DNA from: Polyangiaceae bacterium
GTDB lineage: Bacteria > Myxococcota_A > Polyangia > Polyangiales > Polyangiaceae
Assembly (NCBI GenBank): GCA_035063585.1
Contig: JAPSGB010000048.1
Coordinates: forward strand, 1-33,018
DNA: 33,018 bases
Direction of reading: 5' to 3'
The translations under genes were made by a program, and so were the position numbers. The notes under the pieces were generated by a model. That model was not told where the DNA came from. It did no database searches and saw only the letters and a program-made list of their open reading frames with translations. Below are positions 15,413 to 26,424 of this stretch, piece by piece. Within the stretch, counting starts at the first letter, position 1. Each line of letters opens with the position of its first letter.

Positions 15413-16171
15413 ATGAAGGCGAATTTCTTCAAGGTTGGGCTGAGTCTCGGGTTGGTGAGCGCGCTCGCGTTCGCGATCCCCGCCTGCGGCGGCGACGACG
15501 ACACCGGCGGCGACGACGACACCGGCGGCGCGAGCACCGGCGGCGCGAGCACTGGCGGCGGCTCGAACACCGGCGGCACGGCGGGCACGGACGGCGGCAG
15601 CACCGGCGGCACGGCGGGCACGGACGGTGGCAGCACCGGCGGCAGCGGCGGCAGCACCGGCGGCACCGGCGGCACCGGCGGCGGCTCGACCACGGAGTGC
15701 GGCGGCCAGACGTGCCAGGGCGTGGACATCGCGGCGGTCAGCATGTCCCTCCCGGCGTGCTGTCCTACCGCTGCGCCCAACAACTGCGGCCTCGATCTGA
15801 GCGTCCTCAGCGCGGTCGGGATCAACCCCACCGAGCCGTGCGTCGAGAAGAACCAGCCGGGCGCCCTCGACAACGCCTGCCCCGACGCCAACTTCGGCAG
15901 CGGCGGCATCGCGATCACCCTCAACGGCTGCTGCAAGCCTTCGGGCGCCTGCGGTTACATGGCCAACGACGTCCTCAACGGCATGGTGCAGCTCGGCCTC
16001 GGCTGCGTGGATCCGGCCTCGCTCGGCTACACGCCGGAGGGCGGCCTGGTCACTTGCAATGGCGGCGGCGGCAGCGGCGGCGCCGGTGGCAGCGCGGGCA
16101 GCGCCGGGAGCGCGGGCAGCGCCGGGAGCTCCGGGAGCGCAGGCAGCGGTGGGAGCGCGGGCGCGCCGTAA
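15413..16171 (+). CDS. Lipoprotein with Gly/Thr/Ser-rich repeats flanking a Cys-rich domain
   Basis: SD GAGGTG; signal peptide ending IPA-C; repeats GGDDDT x2, GGTAGTDGGST x2 and a C-terminal GSA run; Cys-rich core with two CC pairs. Confidence 0.85.
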   Translation: MKANFFKVGLSLGLVSALAFAIPACGGDDDTGGDDDTGGASTGGASTGGGSNTGGTAGTDGGSTGGTAGTDGGSTGGSGGSTGGTGGTGGGSTTECGGQTCQGVDIAAVSMSLPACCPTAAPNNCGLDLSVLSAVGINPTEPCVEKNQPGALDNACPDANFGSGGIAITLNGCCKPSGACGYMANDVLNGMVQLGLGCVDPASLGYTPEGGLVTCNGGGGSGGAGGSAGSAGSAGSAGSSGSAGSGGSAGAP

Positions 16172-16192
16172 GCGCGCACCGACCCCGTTCGA

Positions 16193-16236
16193 GCGCGAGC
16201 CACGACGACCTCGGTCGCCGTGGCTCGCGTGTTTTT
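16193..16236 (+). terminator. Rho-independent terminator
   Basis: Long stem GCGCGAGCCACGACGACC / GGTCGCCGTGGCTCGCGT followed by GTTTTT, 22 bp after the lipoprotein stop. Confidence 0.8.
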
Positions 16237-16372
16237 GTCGGTCCGTCGCGGCCGGCGTCGCGGCGTGGTCGCGCGCCGCGGGAACGTCCCGCGCGGTTCC
16301 GCGCCGGACCGACATCCCCTCGACCTCGGCGACGCTGCGAGCGGGCCGCTCCTCTGCGCCCGCGCGGTCCCC

Positions 16373-16400
16373 TTGATCGAAGAAGAGCGCGACTTACCTT
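16373..16400 (+). promoter_or_regulatory. Possible clpB promoter
   Basis: TTGATC, 16-bp spacer, TACCTT, about 40 bp upstream of the start. Confidence 0.3.
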
Positions 16401-16441
16401 CGCATCACTCTGCACGAAGCGTGCCTGGAGGGAGCTTCATC

Positions 16442-19102
<2,661 letters not shown>

Positions 19103-19146
19103 AGGCCTAGAGCGGGTCGCGGTGCGTAGAGCGCGCGGACCGCTCC

Positions 19147-19361
19147 CGCGCCTCGGGGCACGGCGGTGACGAGGCGCTGCGCATCGGCGGGGGGTCCGAC
19201 GCGAACACGCTCTCGTCGGTCGGCGTCCCGGCGATCGATGGCCTTGGTCCGCGGGCGCGGCGTTCCCCCGGAAGGAAGGGCGGCTCGAGTTCGTGACGCT
19301 GGTGCCGAAGGCCGCGGCGCCGGCACGCTTCCTCCTCGGACGCTGCCCGCCGCTTCAGTAG
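19147..19361 (+). pseudogene. Degenerate C-terminal remnant of an M20-family metallopeptidase (glutamate carboxypeptidase-like)
   Basis: Reads [36 protein letters not shown], then after a 1-nt frameshift [29 protein letters not shown]..stop. GGGSDAN..DGLGP is a typical M20 C-terminal motif; the metal-binding His is missing. Confidence 0.7.
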
Positions 19362-20791
19362 CATGCACAGCAGGCCGCCGGATCTTTGCTGCCGGGCACC
19401 GAGCACGCGCCGATCGAGTGCCCTCCGGCCCGGCAGGCCACGACGCAGCCTCCGGGGGCGCAGGCGGCGCAGTCGGACTCGGCAGGGGCTGCCGCGCAGG
19501 CGCAACACTTCCCCACCTCCGCCGACCCCGGGTGTGCGCAATGCCCCACCTGCTCGCTCGCGAGCGTCTTCGAACATGCCCAATCGCACGAGTCTTCCGC
19601 GCATTGCGAACAGTCGTTCTCGGCCGGCTCGACGACGATGTCGGAGCGGTAGAGGTGCCACTTGCCCCACCCGCTCTCGTAGCTCGAGCCGTACATCACG
19701 AAGGTCATGCCATCGAAGTGCCCGAGGGCGTCCCCCGCGAGGCCGGGGTTGTGGTTCCTACCGTCTGCTGGCATCGACGTATTGAACGCGATGCTCCGCG
19801 ACGGATCGTACGGGAGCCAATGGACCCCGTCCGAAGAGGCCGTCCACACGATCTGCTTCGTGTCCACCTCCCCTTGCACCATCAAGAACAGGCCGCTCCG
19901 CCGGTCACGCTTCACGTCCACGTCGCGGTGGTTCCACACGGGGGCGCCGCCGTTCGCGGGCTGGAACTGGACCCCGTCGGTGCTCGTGGCGAGGTGGATG
20001 TCGCCGGGGGCAGGGCCGGGATCGCCAGGGTAGGCGTTCGTGTAATACAAATAGACGCGAGCGTCCGCGACGACGGCCGAGGGTTGGCCCACGCAGTACG
20101 AGGCGTTCCAGTCGCTCGGGCAGCCGAGATCCTCCACGACCGGCCGCTCGTACTTACGATAAGGCCCGCTCACGTCGTCGGAGACCGCGACGCAGACGCG
20201 GTTGTTGTGATAGCCGTCCGGCGACGACGTCGTGTTGATGCACGTATAATACATCCAATAAACGCCGCGAAACTTCACGACGGTCGGATCGCACGCGGAG
20301 TCTAGGTCGTAGGCGCCCCCTGGGACGAGCGCGTCCACCGGCGCGGACCAGGACGAGCCATCTTGGCTCGTGCTCATCCGGATCGTGTCCCAGCCCGTCA
20401 CGGTCGGGTCGGAGCAATAAAACGCGTAGTAGGTGCTACCTTCCCTGATGATCGCCGGTCCGTACTCGTACGAGGGTCGCGTGCCGGCGATGTCTACCCA
20501 CCCCCGCGTGGACGACGTGACCGCGGGGAGCGGCGCCGCGTCGGGCTCGGTGCTCGCGTCCGAGGCGTCCGGCCCGGCTTCTCCGAGCGACGCGTCGGCG
20601 AGCGCGTCGCGCACGGAGCCATCCAGGCGCTCTCCCGCGTCGCCGGGCGCGCCGCCGCCACCTCCCGCCTCGAGTGAGGCGTCCGGCCCGCGACGCGGGG
20701 AGGCCGCCTCGTTCGCCGGTTGACTGCACGCGACGGCGAGCGCCGCCCAGCCGAGGAGAGGGATAGATGCCAGGCGGCCGCGTCGAAGCAT
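19355..20791 (-). CDS. Lipoprotein, five-bladed beta-propeller glycoside hydrolase-like (GH43/32/130 fold) with Cys-rich C-terminal domain
   Basis: Lipobox AVAC; Ala/Asp/Pro linker; blade motifs YGPAII, CDPTVVK..YWMYY, GQPSAV..LYYT; Asp-box-like STSQDG, TSTDG, ASSDG; Cys-rich tail. Confidence 0.72.
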   Translation of the reverse strand: MLRRGRLASIPLLGWAALAVACSQPANEAASPRRGPDASLEAGGGGGAPGDAGERLDGSVRDALADASLGEAGPDASDASTEPDAAPLPAVTSSTRGWVDIAGTRPSYEYGPAIIREGSTYYAFYCSDPTVTGWDTIRMSTSQDGSSWSAPVDALVPGGAYDLDSACDPTVVKFRGVYWMYYTCINTTSSPDGYHNNRVCVAVSDDVSGPYRKYERPVVEDLGCPSDWNASYCVGQPSAVVADARVYLYYTNAYPGDPGPAPGDIHLATSTDGVQFQPANGGAPVWNHRDVDVKRDRRSGLFLMVQGEVDTKQIVWTASSDGVHWLPYDPSRSIAFNTSMPADGRNHNPGLAGDALGHFDGMTFVMYGSSYESGWGKWHLYRSDIVVEPAENDCSQCAEDSCDWACSKTLASEQVGHCAHPGSAEVGKCCACAAAPAESDCAACAPGGCVVACRAGGHSIGACSVPGSKDPAACCACY

Positions 20792-20797
20792 GGTCCT

Positions 20798-20935
20798 GAG
20801 TCTACGTACCGTTCGGTACGCGCTGGAAGCCCCAGTGCGTGCGTCCGACGTGTCCGGCCCAGCGCCCGGAGTCTACGCACCATTCGGTACACCCTGGAAA
20901 GCGGCGCCGAACCTCGTTCACGTACGTACCGAACG
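20798..20935. repeat. Imperfect 33-bp direct repeat plus an inverted copy of its core, between divergent ORFs
   Basis: GAGTCTACGTACCGTTCGGTACGCGCTGGAAGC (20798-20830) vs GAGTCTACGCACCATTCGGTACACCCTGGAAAGC (20869-20902). CGTACCGAACG (20925-20935) is the reverse complement of 20810-20820. Confidence 0.75.
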
Positions 20936-21126
20936 TCGCGTTCGATGCAGGTCACATGACGACCGTCCTCGCAACGAGCGCCACGCAGCACGGCTCACGC
21001 GAATGGTGGATGTTCACGCTGGTGGCCTGCACGCAGTGCGGCAACACGCTCATCTTCACGACGAACGCGGAGCGCTTGGCGCAGCGCATGGCTCGGTCGT
21101 CGACCGTGCAGGCCGCCGCTCGGTAG
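20839..21126 (+). CDS. Small hypothetical protein with one CxxC knuckle; possibly a 5'-damaged zinc-ribbon gene
   Basis: FTLVACTQCGNTLIF looks like the second half of a zinc ribbon. No N-terminal CxxC; start uncertain (alternative ATG 20956). Confidence 0.4.
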   Translation: MRPTCPAQRPESTHHSVHPGKRRRTSFTYVPNVAFDAGHMTTVLATSATQHGSREWWMFTLVACTQCGNTLIFTTNAERLAQRMARSSTVQAAAR

Positions 21127-21311
21127 CGTGACGGGGGATCGCCTGGGCGTGCGCCGACGGCCGCGCTCGCGATGCGACCTCATCGCCGTCCGCGTCGAGA
21201 GACGCCACGTCGTCCGGCACCGGCGGCAAGGACGTCATGACCGCGGAGCGGTTTGTTCCACCCGTGCAACGTCCCCACTCTCTGCCATACTCGGCAGAAG
21301 GGGTGTTCACC

Positions 21312-22349
21312 ATGGCACGTTCGCTTTCGCTGCTCTTCGCTTCGCTGCTCCTCGCCGCGTGCAGCAGTTCCACCACGGAAGCCAGCTCCACCACACCGGG
21401 CCACGACGCGGGGGCCGACGGCTCCGCCGGTGCGAGCGGTGCGAGCGGCGCGGGTGGCGCGGGTGGCGCGGGTGGCGCGGCGGGGAACGCCGGCGGGAGC
21501 GGCTCCCCATCGACGGGCGGCGCGGGCGGCACATCCGCCGACGACTCACCGACGCCGCCAAATTTTCCATTGATAGCGCCAGCGACAGCGAAGGCAGGTA
21601 TGCCCTTCTCGGTGAGCTGGCAGGTGACGGGCGCGACGACCTGCACCGCGGCCGCGACGCTCGACGGCCTGAGCACCAGCCTTCCGGGCTGGACCGACAC
21701 CACCTCCGCCGTCTCACCCCGCTCCGTGACCGCCGCGGGCGTCGGCGCCTACGTCCTCAGCATGACGTGCAGCAATGCCTCGGGAAGTGTCACGAGCCAA
21801 GACGCGTCCGTCGCGGTGACGCGTAATCCGGACGACTGCCCACCGGGCCGCCAGCTCACGGCACAGCTCTATTACAACTACAGCATGCCGTACTCGAGCG
21901 GGGTCATGAACGCCGACGTCACCACCTTCGACTCGATCTGGGGGAGGGTTCGACCGGGACCCACCATCCCGTTCCCCGGCGTGAACTACTTCACGATCAT
22001 CAAGAACATGAACGCCGACGGTTATATCGCTACAAAGTTCACCGTGCCCATCGATCTCGGAGCCGACGAGTTTGGAATCATGACTCACGGCGAGACCTTG
22101 CCAGGACCAAACATTACGATGAGCTTCTCTGATACTTGCGGCGACTTTGCCCCCGCCAATCCTCAATGTGGTCCCGTCGTCGATGCAGGCCCCGGCCAGA
22201 TCTCAGGAAAATGGAAACATGAGCTCATGGTTTCAAACGGCTGTCCGCTTACGCCAGGAGCGACCTACTACCTCAATTTCAAAATGACGAATCCCGCGGC
22301 GTGCGCGAACGCCACGTGCACGGTCACCGTGCAGAACAACCATGACTGA
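21312..22349 (+). CDS. Lipoprotein with Gly-rich linker, Ig-like segment and Cys-containing C-terminal domain of unknown function
   Basis: SD GAAGGGG; lipobox LAAC; GASGAGG repeats; FSVSWQVTGATTC...YVLSMTC beta-sandwich pattern; lower-GC 3' half. Confidence 0.8.
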   Translation: MARSLSLLFASLLLAACSSSTTEASSTTPGHDAGADGSAGASGASGAGGAGGAGGAAGNAGGSGSPSTGGAGGTSADDSPTPPNFPLIAPATAKAGMPFSVSWQVTGATTCTAAATLDGLSTSLPGWTDTTSAVSPRSVTAAGVGAYVLSMTCSNASGSVTSQDASVAVTRNPDDCPPGRQLTAQLYYNYSMPYSSGVMNADVTTFDSIWGRVRPGPTIPFPGVNYFTIIKNMNADGYIATKFTVPIDLGADEFGIMTHGETLPGPNITMSFSDTCGDFAPANPQCGPVVDAGPGQISGKWKHELMVSNGCPLTPGATYYLNFKMTNPAACANATCTVTVQNNHD

Positions 22350-22350
22350 T

Positions 22351-22472
22351 TCACCAAGGTCGTGCGCCTCCGGTCGGCCCCACCCGCACCGCGAGCGCCT
22401 TCTACGTCCGAGCGTGGCGGCGGCGTGGACCGCAAGACTGGCGCCGTCACCGTCGTGCAGCGCACCTCCAGC
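22351..22472 (+). mobile_element. IS91-like (Y2/HUH) transposase fragment
   Basis: KTGAVTVVQRTSS (22434-22472) is 30/39 nt identical to the fragment at 32960-32998; upstream part frameshifted (SAFYVR). Confidence 0.55.
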
Positions 22473-22744
22473 AACGCAGCCCGGTCCCGCGCCAGCCACT
22501 CCAGCACGGTAGGCGCTGCCGGCCGCCGCGACTGCGCCTCCCGTGTCGCCGCCGACTGCGACCACCCCTGCTGCTCTCGTTGTCGTACCACCACCTGCGA
22601 CGGGCGCGCCGCCCGCTCCCGCTGCTCTGAGCGCCCGTTGCCCCGCCGCCCGCTCCCACGGCCTCGCCGGAGGCCGTGCTCGTCTACGACGGGGGGCAGC
22701 GACGAGCGCGGCCCCCGAATCTTGGACCGGGTGCCGACGGCTAC
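22473..22744 (-). mobile_element. Possible IS66-family left end and decayed tnpA
   Basis: Minus strand starts GTAGCCGTC (IS66 ends typically start GTAA). The translation EQRERAAR..RQREQQGWSQSAATRE..PTVLEW resembles a TnpA HTH. Confidence 0.35.
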
Positions 22745-22769
22745 GGCGAGCAAGCTCATCGTGCGGCTC

Positions 22770-23057
22770 TACCCGGAGCACTCGTCGGCGTCGGTCCCGT
22801 CGGGGCGATCATCGCCAAGACGCTGGAATCGACTCCGAATGGGCGCACGCACTGGAGTACACGCTCCGGAGCAGCCGCGAACTTCGAGCGGCGATCTACG
22901 AGTACCTCGAAGCCCACGACGACGAGCCGAAGCCATCCGAGTGGACCGAGATGGCCGACGAAATTCTCGCGTCGATCGCCCGCCGCTCGACCCGCACCAC
23001 CGTAGCCTGCTCGGCGAAGAAGACTCTCGCCTGCAAGTCAGTGATTCGCGGGCCTAG
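22770..23057 (+). mobile_element. Internally deleted IS630-family transposase relic with right end
   Basis: N-terminal motif AIIAKTLESTPNGRTHWSTRS (22805-22867) abuts, in another frame, the C-terminal motif RELRAAIYEYLEAHDDEPKPSEWTEMADEILASIAR (22876-22983). Ends in ...GTGATTCGCGGGCCTAG. Confidence 0.78.
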
Positions 23058-23650
23058 AGCGCGGTGAGCTCGCGGTCGAGCCACTGATTCATCTCGTCGG
23101 CGCCCTTGTAGCCCTCGCGCGCTGCCTTCACGATGCCCTTCGCGTCGACCACGAGCGAGACGGGGCAGGTCCGCACGCCGAGCTTGGGCAGATCCGCGAC
23201 TCTCGTGGTCCACACGGGCCCGGTCACGCCAATCTTCTTCGCCTGCGCGCTCACCTTCTCGAGGTCCGGCTCGTCCCCCATGAGCCCGTCGACGTTCACG
23301 ATCTCGAGCCCGACGTCCTTTCGCGAGTCGGCCCAGGTGGTGAGCTGCGCCGTCTCGTGCAAGCACGCCTGACACCAGGTGCTCCAGAGCACGAGTACGG
23401 TCGGCTTGCCCTCCGCGCCTGCGAGCGTCTCGGTCTGCCCAGCCGTGCTGTGGAGCGCGATGGCAGGGAGCGCCTTGCCGATGAGCGCCATCGGCGCGGT
23501 GTGGTTCGCGGGCGCCATGCGCGTGGCGCCGGCGCTCGGTGCCGGCTCGGCCGACGCGGCAGCGCCCGGGGATTTCTCACACCCGGTGAGCGTGAGCGAG
23601 AGCGCGCCCACCGCGGTGAAGAGCGCGAGTGACTCGAGAGCATGACGCAT
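23054..23650 (-). CDS. TlpA-like thioredoxin-fold (redoxin) lipoprotein
   Basis: Lipobox LTGC; GKPTVLVLWSTWCQAC; cis-Pro motif TCP; VVDAKGIV; SD AAGGAGG. Confidence 0.87.
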   Translation of the reverse strand: MRHALESLALFTAVGALSLTLTGCEKSPGAAASAEPAPSAGATRMAPANHTAPMALIGKALPAIALHSTAGQTETLAGAEGKPTVLVLWSTWCQACLHETAQLTTWADSRKDVGLEIVNVDGLMGDEPDLEKVSAQAKKIGVTGPVWTTRVADLPKLGVRTCPVSLVVDAKGIVKAAREGYKGADEMNQWLDRELTAL

Positions 23651-23667
23651 GGTGCGCGCCTCCTTCT

Positions 23668-23709
23668 TGAAAACCGTTTTCAGCGTACGCCTCGCGCCAA
23701 CTCCGTCAA
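23668..23709 (-). promoter_or_regulatory. Sigma70 promoter with an overlapping 7-1-7 palindromic operator (Fur/Zur-like)
   Basis: Minus strand TTGACG (23709-23704), 16-bp spacer, TACGCT (23687-23682); perfect palindrome TGAAAAC-C-GTTTTCA at 23668-23682. Confidence 0.68.
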
Positions 23710-23861
23710 GCGCCTGCGCCGCGCGAGCGCGCGCGAGGAGCGCGGCGCCCCACGCGATTCTTGCGCTGAAATCAACTCCAGACCGACGACCCTGGCGACT
23801 CGCGCTCGGTGTCGCTACATGAGAGGGGCTCGTCTCACTCGCCCTCAGCCTGGAGCATCCC

Positions 23862-24509
23862 GTGGACCACAAAGCGGCCAACCTCGAGCGGTTCAAAGAG
23901 CTCGCCTCCGTGTGGGACGAAGATCCGCAGCGCGTACGCATGGCGCAGGGGGTAGCGGAGTCCATGCTCGCGGCGCTCTCGCCCTCCGGGAGCGAGCGCG
24001 CGCTCGAGTTCGGCGCGGGTACCGGCGCGGTGACGCTCGTGATGGCGCCGCGGCTCGGGCACGTGGTGGCGATGGACGCCTCGCCCGACATGCTCTCGTT
24101 CCTCGAACGGAAGTGCGAGAAGGCCGCGCTCGGGAGCGTCGAGATCGTCGAGGGCGCGGTACCGGATGAGTTGCCCGGGGGCACCTTCGATCTCATCTAC
24201 AGCTCGATGACGCTGCACCACGTGGAGGACGTGCCCGGGCTCTTCGACGCGCTCGCGCGCCACATGAAGCCTGGCGGCCGCGTCGCCCTGGCCGATCTCG
24301 ACGCCGAGGACGGCAGCTTTCACGGTGATGGGCACGGCGTCGCGCACCACGGGTTTTCGCGGGCGAGCGTGAAGGCCTGGCTCGAGGCGGCCGGCTTCGA
24401 GGAGATCACGCTCTCGGACGCCTTCAAGGTGCGCCGTGAGGGCGAGGGCGGCGCGACCCGCGAGTACCCGATCTTCCTCGCCGTCGCGACCTGGCCTCGC
24501 CGAGCCTGA
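23862..24509 (+). CDS. Class I SAM-dependent methyltransferase
   Basis: ALEFGAGTG motif I, MDASPDML, FDLIYSSMTLHHVED, MKPGGRVALADL; SD GGAG. Confidence 0.92.
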   Translation: MDHKAANLERFKELASVWDEDPQRVRMAQGVAESMLAALSPSGSERALEFGAGTGAVTLVMAPRLGHVVAMDASPDMLSFLERKCEKAALGSVEIVEGAVPDELPGGTFDLIYSSMTLHHVEDVPGLFDALARHMKPGGRVALADLDAEDGSFHGDGHGVAHHGFSRASVKAWLEAAGFEEITLSDAFKVRREGEGGATREYPIFLAVATWPRRA

Positions 24510-24570
24510 GACACTCGCCGCGCGGAGCCGAGCGGGGTCACGCTTCCCGAGCGGCAGGTAGCCGTCTCTC

Positions 24571-26397
24571 ATGAAGGCTGGTATCGCGGAGCGCATGGGA
24601 CGTCGCCTCTCCGCGCTGCCGCTCGCCCTCTTCGTATTCGCCGCCTGCGCGTCGCCTCCTCCGCCGCCGCCCCCGCCGCCGGCCGCGCCGCCCCCGCCCG
24701 CGGCGCTCCCACCGCCCGCGCCGAGCGCCGAGCCCTCGACCGCCGCCCCTCCCGAGCCGAGCGACTGGCCGCACCAGCACCCGCTCGTGGTGCGCGGGAC
24801 CGGCGGCATGGTGGTCACCGACAACGCGGCCGCGACCGTGGTCGGGCGCAACGTGCTCGCGAGCGGAGGCAACGCGGCCGACGCTGCCGTCGCCGTCGCC
24901 TTCACGCTCGCCGTGACCTACCCTACCGCCGGCAACCTCGGAGGCGGCGGCTTCGCGGTCGCGCGGATCGGCGGCGAGGTGCGCGCGCTCGATTTCCGCG
25001 AGACCGCGCCGGCTGCCGCCAAGCCCGCGCGATACCTCGGCCCCGACGGCAAGGCGAAGCCGGACGTGCGCGAGGGGATCCGTTCGGCGGGCGTGCCGGG
25101 CTCGGTCGCCGGGCTCTATGAGCTCTATCAGAAGCTCGGCTCGAAGCGAAAGAGCTGGGCCGCGCTCCTCGCGCCTGCGATTCAGCTCGCGGAGGCGGGG
25201 TTCGTGGTCGACAAGCCCTTCGTCGCGAGCCTCGAGTTTGCCCGGGCTCGGCTCTCGAAGCACCCGGCCTCCGCCGCGCTGTTTCTGCCGAATGGCGCGC
25301 CGCCGCCGATCGGCTCCATATGGAAAAACCCGGACCTCGCCGCGACCCTTCGCCGTATCGAGCAGGGCCCGACCGGTTTCTACGAGGGGCCGACGGCCGC
25401 CGCCGTGGTCGCCCAGATGAAGCGGGACGGCGGCTTCATCACCCTCGCGGATCTCAAGAAGTACCGGGCCAAGTGGCGCGAGCCGCTGAGGTTCAGCTAC
25501 CGCGGGCACGAGATCGTCTCGATGCCACCGCCCTCGTCCGGGGGCGTCACGATGGCCATGATCGCGCACATCCTCGAGCGCTATGAGCTTCGCAAGCTCG
25601 GCTTCCAGACGCCCGCGTCGCTCCATTACCTCTTCGAGGCGATGCGCCGCGCCTACGCGGCTCGCAACGCAAAGCTCGGCGATCCGGACTTCGTGAAGAT
25701 GCCGCTCGACGAGCTCCTCTCGCCCGCCTGGGCGGACGCCGAGAGCGCGACCATCCAGCCCGACCGGGCCACGCCGTCCTCGGAGATCGTGGCCGCGCCG
25801 GCGAGCGCGAGCGGCCCGCACACCACCAACTTCTGCGTGGTCGACGCGAACGGCGACGCGGTCTCGCTGACCACTACGGTAAACTGGTGGTTCGGCTCGG
25901 GCGTCACGGTCGCGGGCGCGGGCTTCGTCCTCAACAACGAGATGGACGATTTTGCCGCTGTGCCGGGCGTGCCGAACGGCTTCGGTCTCGTGCAAGGCGA
26001 GGCGAACGCCATCGCGCCGGGCAAGCGTATGCTCTCGTCGATGTCGCCGACCTTGGTCTTCGCCCCGAGCGGCGAGCTGCGCTTGGTCGCGGGCGGCGCG
26101 GGCGGCCCGACCATCATCAGCACCGTGTTCCAGGAGATCTCGAACGTGCTCGACTTCGGCCTCGATGTGGGCGCTGCGGTCGCCGCGCCGCGATTTCACA
26201 TGCAACACCTGCCCGATGAGGTCCTCTATGAGGAGCACGGGCTGCCCCCGAAGCTCCGCGCGAGCCTGGAGGCCATGGGCTACTCGTTCCGGGAGCGGCC
26301 GCACATCGCCGACGCCCCCGCCATCGGCCGGCTCGGCAGAGAGTGGCTCGGGGCCGCCGAGCCGCGCCGAGCGGGCGCCCTCGCCGAAGCGCCGTGA
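24571..26397 (+). CDS. ggt: Gamma-glutamyltransferase (lipoprotein with poly-Pro linker)
   Basis: GGNAADAAVA, AGNLGGGGF, DFRETAP, autoprocessing site H-TTNF, LNNEMDDF, PGKRMLSSMSP, GGAGG; lipobox FAAC. Confidence 0.95.
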   Translation: MKAGIAERMGRRLSALPLALFVFAACASPPPPPPPPPAAPPPPAALPPPAPSAEPSTAAPPEPSDWPHQHPLVVRGTGGMVVTDNAAATVVGRNVLASGGNAADAAVAVAFTLAVTYPTAGNLGGGGFAVARIGGEVRALDFRETAPAAAKPARYLGPDGKAKPDVREGIRSAGVPGSVAGLYELYQKLGSKRKSWAALLAPAIQLAEAGFVVDKPFVASLEFARARLSKHPASAALFLPNGAPPPIGSIWKNPDLAATLRRIEQGPTGFYEGPTAAAVVAQMKRDGGFITLADLKKYRAKWREPLRFSYRGHEIVSMPPPSSGGVTMAMIAHILERYELRKLGFQTPASLHYLFEAMRRAYAARNAKLGDPDFVKMPLDELLSPAWADAESATIQPDRATPSSEIVAAPASASGPHTTNFCVVDANGDAVSLTTTVNWWFGSGVTVAGAGFVLNNEMDDFAAVPGVPNGFGLVQGEANAIAPGKRMLSSMSPTLVFAPSGELRLVAGGAGGPTIISTVFQEISNVLDFGLDVGAAVAAPRFHMQHLPDEVLYEEHGLPPKLRASLEAMGYSFRERPHIADAPAIGRLGREWLGAAEPRRAGALAEAP

Positions 26398-26424
26398 GCT
26401 GGGTCGCGGTCGCCTCGCTCCGCG

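Noticed and set aside
21190..21238. Minus-strand MTSLPPVPDDVASL resembling an IS66 TnpC N-terminus, co-oriented with the possible tnpA relic
   Set aside because: Only about 14 residues of similarity; too short to support a claim that the lipoprotein is IS66 cargo.
23761..23793. MerR/SoxR-like operator (TTGCG-CTGAAATCAACTCCAG) upstream of the methyltransferase
   Set aside because: The palindrome is imperfect, there is no credible -10 at 19-20 bp spacing, and no regulator lies nearby.
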